From: Deltaproteobacteria bacterium RBG_13_52_11
Lineage (GTDB): Bacteria; Desulfobacterota; B13-G15; RBG-16-54-18
DNA: 36,262 nucleotides
Assembly: GCA_001797745.1 (NCBI GenBank)
Contig: MGQF01000067.1
Location: forward strand, 6,412 to 42,673
Direction: 5' to 3'
The position numbers and the translations under genes were made by a program. Positions within the stretch are counted from its first letter, which is position 1; each line of letters starts with the position of its first letter. Positions 27,976-34,418 of the stretch are shown here, piece after piece. The notes below the pieces were generated by a model. The model was not told the origin of the DNA. It worked only from the letters and a program-made list of their open reading frames with translations, and ran no database searches.

Positions 27976-28773
27976 TTAACTTCCCATCTTATCTAGCCAA
28001 GAGGCGAGTCGATTCACCTCTTCGATATAGCTCATCATAAGGCCCTTCATCTTCTTCGCAGGGAGCTTATTTTTTCCCTCCTTGACCTCCAATAATCGCA
28101 CGAAGGGCACTGCGTCCAATCCCGTCTCCGCCGCTATCGCCTTGATGACGTCACCTCTCTGATGGGGGATTTTTTTACCCCGCAGGGAGAGGATCCCCTG
28201 GAAGATGGAGAGAAGGGCAGTGAGGGATTGCGAGGCAAGGGCCACGAGATTCCTCCCCCATCCCTTGCTGGCGAGATACGCCCCCCTTAATTGGAGGAGC
28301 TTCCCTTTTACCTCCCTCTCCAATTGGAGGCGGAGCTGCTTCTGGTGGATTTCGATCCCCGCCAGGGGATCTACCCCCCACACCACCTGGTAGTGCTGCG
28401 TGATATTCAGAAACTCCAGGGGGAAGGTGTCCAGCGAGGTGGCGATGTACTCATTGGTCATAAAGAGGGGGGTGGCCACACGGCGCCTATGCCATTTGGT
28501 AACTACCTTGAAGGCCCTGCCGAGCCCTTTGATCCCTTCCTCGGTGAGGACGATGAGGAAATTGAGATCCGACCGCTTCGGGATGTAGTCCCCCCGGGCC
28601 CCACTTCCATAGAGGACGATGGAGATCAGGGCTTCTCCGTAGATCTGTTGATAATCGTTGGTGAACTCAGGAATTATCTCCTCCGGGCTCTGAGGTGCCC
28701 TTATCTTCTTTGCCCTTTTTTCAAACTCATTCTTCAGGGTTGTCCATATCCGTCTCAAGAGTGACTTTATCAT
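27976..28773 (-). CDS. Pol-beta-superfamily nucleotidyltransferase-domain protein with a helical C-terminal domain
   Basis: LYGSGARGDYIPKRSDLNFLIVL matches the minimal-NTase hG[GS]-x(9-13)-D-h-[DE] pattern, except that the second acidic residue is Asn. The C-terminal domain contains RGKKIPH (R-x5-H). Confidence 0.65.
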   Translation of the reverse strand: MIKSLLRRIWTTLKNEFEKRAKKIRAPQSPEEIIPEFTNDYQQIYGEALISIVLYGSGARGDYIPKRSDLNFLIVLTEEGIKGLGRAFKVVTKWHRRRVATPLFMTNEYIATSLDTFPLEFLNITQHYQVVWGVDPLAGIEIHQKQLRLQLEREVKGKLLQLRGAYLASKGWGRNLVALASQSLTALLSIFQGILSLRGKKIPHQRGDVIKAIAAETGLDAVPFVRLLEVKEGKNKLPAKKMKGLMMSYIEEVNRLASWLDKMGS

Positions 28774-28786
28774 CGTTACCTTCCTC

Positions 28787-29581
28787 TCAAAAACCCCTGC
28801 TGGCCCCGCCGCCGCCGCTCATCCCCCCGCCAAAACCGCCGAACCCGCCGCCAAAACCGCCGAACCCGCCGCTGCCCATCCCTCGGCCACCTCCCATAAA
28901 GATCCAGGGGAGGAAGAAAAAGGGAAACAACCCCCTGCCTCTGCCCAAAAGGCCGAAGATGATAAACAGAAAAAAGAGGAGGGGTAAGAGACCAACTGCC
29001 CGCCTTGCCTTGGGTTGCACCACTGACCGAGGTGCATAGCGGTCCAGATTGAGATTCACCCCTGCATCCTTGGCCACAACCTGGGCTATGGCTGCCATCC
29101 CGTTGAGCAAGCCCTCACCGTACTCATCACGGCGCAGGAAGGGGACAACGTATTGATCCAAGATATCCCCAATCTTTGCGTCCGGGAGTATCCCTTCCAC
29201 CCCATATCCGGTCTCAAATGTCACCTGTCTCTCCTTCACAGCCACGAGGATCAGAACCCCTTTATCCTCCCCCTTTGTGCCGATCCCCCACGCCTCATAG
29301 AGCTTGTTGGCGAATATTCGAGGGGTTTCTCCTCCCAGATCACGAAAAGTGGCTACTACCACGGCGGTCCTTGTCTGATCCCAGAGGGCCTTGGCAAGTT
29401 GATCCATCTGAGCCTCATACTCAGGTGGGATTACTTCTGCGTAGTCGTTGACCGGGACATTCGTTTGGGGGAATTTCAGGACCTGGGCCTGAAGGGGGGT
29501 GAGGATGAGGACGACGAACAAACCCACAAGGGGCCATATCTTCATATATCTGTTCCCGTATCTCTCTCCTGTGCGAGGCAT
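28787..29581 (-). CDS. TPM-domain protein (YgcG-like) with a C-terminal TM and a Gly/Phe-rich tail
   Basis: Signal peptide, then a TPM core (VNDYAEVIPPE ... VVVATF ... GVLILVAVKERQVTFETGYG), a TM helix, and a GGFGGFGGGFGGFGGG tail. Alternative start at 29545 (MKIWPL...). Confidence 0.85.
   Translation of the reverse strand: MPRTGERYGNRYMKIWPLVGLFVVLILTPLQAQVLKFPQTNVPVNDYAEVIPPEYEAQMDQLAKALWDQTRTAVVVATFRDLGGETPRIFANKLYEAWGIGTKGEDKGVLILVAVKERQVTFETGYGVEGILPDAKIGDILDQYVVPFLRRDEYGEGLLNGMAAIAQVVAKDAGVNLNLDRYAPRSVVQPKARRAVGLLPLLFFLFIIFGLLGRGRGLFPFFFLPWIFMGGGRGMGSGGFGGFGGGFGGFGGGMSGGGGASRGF
28829..28870. repeat. Perfect 21-nt x 2 tandem repeat inside the Gly/Phe-rich tail codons
   Basis: GCCAAAACCGCCGAACCCGCC occurs twice back to back, read directly. 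Confidence 0.9.
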
Positions 29582-29741
29582 TCTTCAATCAGGCCGCAAA
29601 AGTTTTACCCTTATAGCATCTTTGCCCTTCGGTTGCAAGGGGACTTCTCAGAAAATAGGGCCTTAAGATCTCCTCTCCCCACTGGCGAGAGAGGGGAAAT
29701 ATATTTTCATAAGTTGAGGTTGACGATACCATCATGGGGAT

Positions 29742-31097
29742 TCATTCTGTTATCCGAGCCATTGCCTTGAGGGCCTGCAAATCTGCCCGGGTCAGCCCCT
29801 CCCATTGACACGGCAGGATCGTGTTGTTGTGCAGCAGCGGCTCGTGCGCCAAGTCGAAGGGAGAGCACTGCACAGCCGCCTCCCACAAGGAAGTGCCGGG
29901 AATCGGTGAGTACTCCGCCAGATAGGGTCGGGCCCCGCACGCCTGAACAAAGCGGATGGTCTCCTCTACCTCTTCCCGCTCCTGGCCCGGGAGCCCGGCC
30001 AAAATATAGGTCCCGATCTCCCCTGGGACATATCCCGCTCGCTGGAGGTTCTGCATTGCCAATTGGAACTCTTCATTGTTCACCTTCCCCCCGGTTGCCA
30101 ACTGGCGCTCGTGGCTGGAGGTCTCCAGACCGAGGCGGACTGTGGCAAAACCCACCTGGTGCATCAGGTGCGCTACCTCATCGGTGACCTCTCGGGAGTG
30201 GAGCCCATTTGGGGCGTGAAATCGGGCTTTTATACCACTTACCCCTATTCCCTGCAACAAGGCGATGGCGAACTGATGGTCGATCAAGAGGGCATCGTCA
30301 TAAAAGGCGATGTCCTCTACCCCATACTCCACCACCCACCGGGCAATCTCCTCAACCACCTGGGCGGGACTGCGCTTGATAAACCGGGGGTTGAGGAGAG
30401 GGGAGGCGCAGTAGGTGCATTGAAAGGGGCACCCCCGAGAGGTGAGGCAACAGCAGTAGTCGATATGGGGATAAAGACCATAGGCCGGTGAGGGGAGGGT
30501 GTCGAGGTTATTCAAGTCGGGGAGGGCGGAGGGGGCAATACCAGTCAGCCCCTCCAGGAGCTCTAGGACCTGAATCTCCCCCCACCCCCTGCAAATGAAA
30601 TCCGCCCCTGAATTCCCCTCTGCATGCTCCGTGCAGAGGGTGGCGTAGTTCCCCCCTAAGATCGCTGGTACCTTCGGGAAGGCCTCTTTGACGGCTGTTA
30701 TGACATCCTGAACCCCTCGATACCAGTATGTCATCCCTGAGGTGATGAGAATGGCCTGGGGTGCCGAAAAGGATCGGAGGGCTTCCCTAAAGGCCTCAGG
30801 GGGGAGGCCAAAGCGGTAGAACCGGCGGGGGATCCCCTGCAGAGGAGAGGGCTTATCTACCTCTTCTCGATAAAAGTGTCCCCGGTGATCTGGTCTCCGC
30901 TTGGGTTCTTTGATGCTGAGGGTCTTCAGGGCAGGGTGGTGGACATCAAGACAGTCGATATAGTGTATGGTCCAGCCATTGTTCTCCAGAAGGGCGGCCA
31001 GGTAGAGGAGCCCCAGGGGCTTGGCCCAGAGGTCATAGGCGGCGAAGTCGTAGACCCACGGGTTGATCAGAAGGAGATCTTTCCTTTTTCTTCCCAA
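29742..31097 (-). CDS. B12-binding-domain radical SAM enzyme (COG1032 type), substrate unknown
   Basis: CPFQCTYC (CxxxCxxC) cluster motif and an N-terminal Rossmann-like B12-binding-type domain (LLINPWVYDFAAYDLWAKPLGLLYLA ... ILITSGMTYW). TTG start with GAGGAGG 4 nt upstream. Confidence 0.85.
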   Translation of the reverse strand: MGRKRKDLLLINPWVYDFAAYDLWAKPLGLLYLAALLENNGWTIHYIDCLDVHHPALKTLSIKEPKRRPDHRGHFYREEVDKPSPLQGIPRRFYRFGLPPEAFREALRSFSAPQAILITSGMTYWYRGVQDVITAVKEAFPKVPAILGGNYATLCTEHAEGNSGADFICRGWGEIQVLELLEGLTGIAPSALPDLNNLDTLPSPAYGLYPHIDYCCCLTSRGCPFQCTYCASPLLNPRFIKRSPAQVVEEIARWVVEYGVEDIAFYDDALLIDHQFAIALLQGIGVSGIKARFHAPNGLHSREVTDEVAHLMHQVGFATVRLGLETSSHERQLATGGKVNNEEFQLAMQNLQRAGYVPGEIGTYILAGLPGQEREEVEETIRFVQACGARPYLAEYSPIPGTSLWEAAVQCSPFDLAHEPLLHNNTILPCQWEGLTRADLQALKAMARITE

Positions 31098-31590
31098 TGG
31101 GCCTCCTCACTGGTCAAGGTGATCTCCGCAAACCCCATCCGGCGGAACAGCTTTACTGCTGGCGGGGGTTCTGGTTCATGGGCATCGAGGAGTTTCACAT
31201 CAATCAAGATCTCTCTCACTCCCATCTGCCACCACCCCCCCCTCCTGTCTAGAGGATTACCCTCTCGCAGACCTCAGTCAGCATTTCCATGTCATGGGTT
31301 GCAATGACCTTGGCGAACTTCAGGTGGTGTAAAAGGCCGATCAGCCCCCTCCTGGCCGCAGGGTCAACATTGCTCGTGGGCTCGTCCAAGAGCGGGATCT
31401 CCGGCTTCATGGACAGGACGGTTGCGATGGTGATCCTCTGCTTCTCCCTGTAGCTGAGGTGATGCGGGCACCGCTCCCCGTACCCTCCATGCCGACTAGC
31501 CCAGGGCCTTTGTCACCCGCTCCCTAATCTTTTCTTTAGGATGGCCCATGTTCAGGGGCCCGCAGGCGACATCCTCGAAGACTGCTCCTC
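31067..31590 (-). pseudogene. Decayed ECF/ABC ATPase gene (cbiO/ecfA-like). N-terminally truncated, with frameshifts and an in-frame stop.
   Basis: Hand translation of the minus strand gave the following.
- VFEDVACGPLNMGHPKEKIRERVTKAL, then frame breaks near 31500.
- PHHLSYREKQRITIATVLSMKPEIPLLDEPTSNVDPAARRGLIGLL...VIATHDMEMLTEVCERVIL, ending at a TAG at 31249-31251.
- A G8 run, then VVADGSEREILIDVKLLDAHE in another frame.
- No Walker A region, and the LSGGQ signature is degenerate (LSYRE). Confidence 0.7.
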
Positions 31591-31805
31591 AACTGAGGAA
31601 TACTCCAAAGGCTATTTGCCAAATAAACTAACCACTTCAAGATTACTGCGATACCAACGACAAGTCAATGAGATAACAGGCGCCGCAGCTTTCGCTGCTC
31701 CCACACCTCATGAGGCTCCATTCGCCCCGCTGCCAGCCACATGTCCTCTCCTCAACTTTCATTGACACTCAAAAAATAAACTGTTTTCAAGAAGGGCTCG
31801 CCCAC

Positions 31806-31851
31806 TATACCGCCTGAGACAAAATAAAAGCTTCGATGTCTCGGCGGTATA
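31806..31851. repeat. Long imperfect hairpin: a 14-bp stem with one bulge and a 17-nt loop
   Basis: TATACCGCCTGAGAC (31806-31820) pairs with GTCTCGGCGGTATA (31838-31851). T31815 is bulged. No U-tract on either strand. Confidence 0.6.
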
Positions 31852-31917
31852 CCGGGTCTCCTGTTCACAATGCTTGCAAGCCCGCACATAAGATTCTTTC
31901 AGCGGTTGGATGATTGG
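31842..31917. repeat. Left 76-nt inverted repeat (IR-L) flanking the nickel cassette
   Basis: The ungapped alignment to the reverse complement of 36090-36165 gives 61/76 identical by hand count. Confidence 0.8.
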
Positions 31918-31942
31918 ATAAAGAATGAATAAAAACTTTCGC

Positions 31943-31995
31943 TTGACGTATAATCCATATTATGCTACTTATTAAAAATTAGTAGCACTTGGAGA
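31943..31995 (+). promoter_or_regulatory. nikR promoter region with a 7-N11-7 inverted repeat, TGCTACT-N11-AGTAGCA (candidate NikR operator)
   Basis: TATAAT at 31949-31954. The inverted repeat at 31963-31987 lies between the -10 and the GGAGA ribosome-binding site (31991-31995). The AGTAGCAC word recurs twice upstream of the next gene. Confidence 0.4.
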
Positions 31996-31999
31996 ATTT

Positions 32000-32413
32000 A
32001 TGTCAAAAGTTGTAAGATTTGGTGTATCACTAGATCAAGAGTTATTAGAGAAATTTGACCGCCTTGCAAAAGAAAGAAACTATACTTGTCGTTCCGAGGC
32101 ATTTAGGGATTTAATGCGCCAGGAACTGGTTCAAAAACAATGGCAAGAGGGTAAGGAGATCGCCGGTGCCATCACGCTCATTTACGACCATCACAAAAGA
32201 GAGTTGGTAAATAAGCTTATGGATATCCAGCATGATTTCGGCGCGCTGATTATCTCTTCTCAGCACGTTCATTTAGATCACCGCAATTGCCTGGAGATCA
32301 TTGCATTCAAGGGTTCTCCACGAGAGGCACAAAAATTGGGCGACAGCTTGAAATCAGTAAAAGGGGTGAAACATGGAACATTGAGCATGACAACTACTGG
32401 CAAGGATATTTAG
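32000..32413 (+). CDS. nikR: Nickel-responsive transcriptional regulator NikR (ribbon-helix-helix plus ACT-like nickel-binding domain)
   Basis: The N-terminal RFGVSLDQELLEKFD...RSEAFRDLMR RHH domain and HVHLDHRNCLEIIAFKG match the E. coli NikR high-affinity site region (HVHINHDDCLEIAVLKG). Confidence 0.9.
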   Translation: MSKVVRFGVSLDQELLEKFDRLAKERNYTCRSEAFRDLMRQELVQKQWQEGKEIAGAITLIYDHHKRELVNKLMDIQHDFGALIISSQHVHLDHRNCLEIIAFKGSPREAQKLGDSLKSVKGVKHGTLSMTTTGKDI

Positions 32414-32426
32414 GGGTATTATTTTT

Positions 32427-32467
32427 TTGCCCATAAGTAGCACTAATTTAATATTAGTAGCACTAAT
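32427..32467 (+). promoter_or_regulatory. Candidate promoter (TTGCCC-N16-TAATAT) overlapped by two direct AGTAGCACTAAT repeats spaced 20 nt apart
   Basis: The repeats are at 32436-32447 and 32456-32467, both read directly. The first lies in the spacer and the second just after the -10. The second forms the palindrome ATTAGT-AGC-ACTAAT. Confidence 0.35.
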
Positions 32468-32554
32468 GGGATTTACAAAAAAAGGTGTTAGAAGCATGGC
32501 GCGAGAACTCATAACTCTAGGTGGAAAGTATTAAGAAGAAGGAGGAAAATCGTT

Positions 32555-33256
32555 ATGTTTCCAGTACTAGTTTATAAAAAAGAAAAGAGAACCACAATGA
32601 TACACATAATATTTACGAAGCGATTTGCTTTGGTATTAACTCTGTGTTTCATACTGACTCAATGTTTAATTTTTTACGTGGGTGCACACGAGGCTCCTCG
32701 GCTAGAGCCGCGCACACCTGTCGTGATGAAAGAATTCCCCGTAGATCCCGCACTATTCAAAGAGGATGTCAGACCGTATCTACAGAAGATCATTGAGAGA
32801 CATGGTCTTGAGGAGTGGAAGGCGTGTGTCTTGACCAACGAGTTACATCGACACCTGGGGATCTACTCTCTTGTTGGAGCCAAAATGGGGGTCAGGGCAA
32901 GGGAAATCTTAGAAGCCCCTTTTGATACGGTAGATGTCATCTCGTTGGCCGGAAACCAACAACCCCTGAGTTGTATGAACGACGGACTTCAGGTTTCCAC
33001 AGGAGCAAGCCTGGGTCGTGCAGCTATTACCATCGCTCACGTGAACCAGCCTGCGGCGATTTTTCTCTATAGGGATAAAATGGCCACCCTAAGGACAAAA
33101 AAGGAAATAGTGAATCAGATACAGGGAGATATTCAGGCGGCCTTGAAGAAGTATGGAGGATTAAACCCTGAATACTTTGCACATATTAGGAAGCTATCAC
33201 TCGAATACTGGTTAAAATGGGACCGAAAAGAAATTTTCGAGGAGATCATTGATTAA
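32555..33256 (+). CDS. Signal-anchored FmdE/FwdE-like domain protein
   Basis: An N-terminal hydrophobic anchor (FALVLTLCFILTQCLIFYV), then LHRHLGIYSLVGAKMGVRAREIL ... SCMNDGLQVSTGASLGR. This aligns with the FmdE consensus as I recall it: HGHxCPGxxxGxRxxxxAxxxL ... CxxDxxQxxTGCTxGK. GGAGG lies 9 nt upstream of the ATG. Confidence 0.6.
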   Translation: MFPVLVYKKEKRTTMIHIIFTKRFALVLTLCFILTQCLIFYVGAHEAPRLEPRTPVVMKEFPVDPALFKEDVRPYLQKIIERHGLEEWKACVLTNELHRHLGIYSLVGAKMGVRAREILEAPFDTVDVISLAGNQQPLSCMNDGLQVSTGASLGRAAITIAHVNQPAAIFLYRDKMATLRTKKEIVNQIQGDIQAALKKYGGLNPEYFAHIRKLSLEYWLKWDRKEIFEEIID

Positions 33257-33391
33257 CATTATATGCTGGCCTTGCGATCAGTTTTAAATGCTGTTAGGGT
33301 ATAAGAGGTTGCTATCGGTACTAATTCGGATGCGAATGATTCAGCAGCTTTAACCTTTGTCTACACATTTTAGATTGAACAAGGAGAAGAA

Positions 33392-34078
33392 ATGCATATA
33401 CCAGACGGATATTTGGGGCCGGCGTCATGCGGTTTTTTCTATGCGCTGATGCTGCCGATATGGACAGTGGCTACCAGGATAGTTAAAAAAACCCTTAAGG
33501 CAAAGCAGGTCCCCCTGTTGGCAATAGGCGCTGCCTTTAGCTTTGTCATCATGATGTTCAATGTCCCCATACCAGGAGGTTCAACCGGGCATGCAGTCGG
33601 GGGTGTTTTAGTGGCCATCCTTCTTGGGCCGTGGGCGGCATGCATCGCAATAACCGTTGCCTTGGTCGTTCAAGCACTATTATTCGGAGACGGTGGTATT
33701 ACGGCGATAGGGGCGAATTGTTTTAACATGGCCTTTGTGTTACCTTTTATAGGATACTATCTCTACAAGGCCCTGAGTTATAACGCCCCCCTTGATTCAA
33801 ACAGAAGGGTGCTGGCGGCAGGGGTGGCTGGTTATATTGGCATTAATGTGGCTGCCTTTTTAGCAGGGGTTGAATTCGGGTTGCAGCCGCTGTTGCACCA
33901 TACTGCTGATGGCCAGGCCCTTTACTGTCCTTACGGATTGAATATCGCGGTGCCGGCAATGGCAGGCGAGCATCTCTTGATATTCGGCTGGGTCGAGGCT
34001 ATTGTAACCGCCCTCGTGATAAAATTTTTACAGAAGCAAGCGCCCGAGCTTCTTAAAGAAAAAAAAGGGAGGGGATAA
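33392..34078 (+). CDS. cbiM: ECF-transporter metal-specific S component, CbiM/NikM
   Basis: The hallmark N-terminus MHIPDGYL and about 6-7 TM helices. The NikR context favours nickel specificity. Confidence 0.9.
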   Translation: MHIPDGYLGPASCGFFYALMLPIWTVATRIVKKTLKAKQVPLLAIGAAFSFVIMMFNVPIPGGSTGHAVGGVLVAILLGPWAACIAITVALVVQALLFGDGGITAIGANCFNMAFVLPFIGYYLYKALSYNAPLDSNRRVLAAGVAGYIGINVAAFLAGVEFGLQPLLHHTADGQALYCPYGLNIAVPAMAGEHLLIFGWVEAIVTALVIKFLQKQAPELLKEKKGRG

Positions 34079-34080
34079 CT

Positions 34081-34416
34081 ATGAAAATTGCGACTAAATT
34101 GTGGATAGGATTAGGTGCGTTGATCGTCCTTTCTCCCCTCGGGTTATTGCTCCCCGAACATTTTAAGGCAGGTGCTGCATGGGGTGAGTGGGGAATGGAT
34201 GAGATAAAGGAGCTCGCAGGATATGTCCCCAAGGGGTTAGAAAAACTCGCGCCATTATGGAATGCGCCTCTACCTGATTATGCCTTGAAGGGATGGGAGG
34301 AAAAAGGTTTATCGCATTTAAGTTTTGCGTATATTATATCGGCCATAGTAGGTATGGCCATTACATGCATTGCGGTATTGCTTATAGGCAGGCTGTTGGC
34401 CAGGAAGGGCGATTAG
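34081..34416 (+). CDS. PDGLE-domain small membrane protein (CbiN/NikN-equivalent accessory subunit)
   Basis: Two terminal TM helices flank a loop with AWGEWG and a YVPKGLEKL (PDGLE-like) motif. It starts 2 nt after the cbiM stop. Confidence 0.7.
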   Translation: MKIATKLWIGLGALIVLSPLGLLLPEHFKAGAAWGEWGMDEIKELAGYVPKGLEKLAPLWNAPLPDYALKGWEEKGLSHLSFAYIISAIVGMAITCIAVLLIGRLLARKGD

Positions 34417-34418
34417 TA

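Noticed and set aside
22221-30491. Many 60-240-aa ORFs on both strands inside mpl, ldcA, the amgK-like and murU-like genes, and the LemA, NTase, TPM and radical SAM genes. Examples: 23884-24612, 29153-29770, 28291-28764, 27069-27605.
   Set aside because: The block is GC-rich, which suppresses stop codons in the alternative frames. The translations are Pro/Arg/Gly-rich and low-complexity. Each is fully nested in a gene with strong family motifs.
31235-31242. C8/G8 homopolymer as a phase-variation switch
   Set aside because: It lies inside a gene remnant that also lacks its N-terminus, has other frame breaks and carries an in-frame stop. Slippage here could not restore function.
31652-31668. 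Short colinear matches that might extend the inverted repeat outward: TTGACT and TCGTTGGTA at 36200-36239, versus their reverse complements at 31652-31668
   Set aside because: The matches are only a 6-mer and a 9-mer, with very different spacing (1 nt versus 25 nt) and different distance from the core repeat. This is within chance expectation and needs a proper local alignment.
31541-31765. 74-aa plus-strand ORF and a 25-aa minus-strand ORF (MWLAAGRMEPHEVWEQRKLRRLLSH, behind GAGGAGAGG), both in the gap between the ATPase remnant and IR-L
   Set aside because: The plus-strand ORF overlaps the remnant in antisense and has no motifs. The short minus-strand ORF has a good ribosome-binding site but nothing else to support it. 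I leave it unannotated pending conservation or ribosome-profiling evidence.
31851-31865. CAGGAGACC on the minus strand inside IR-L resembles the B12-box of cobalamin riboswitches, next to a cobalt-type transporter remnant
   Set aside because: I could not find the other conserved riboswitch elements (GGGAA, GGUG..AA.CC, CCACUG..GGGAAG) in the right order on that strand. The second repeat copy has a diverged version (CAAGAGGCT). A covariance-model scan (Rfam RF00174) of 31600-31950 and 36000-36262 would settle it.
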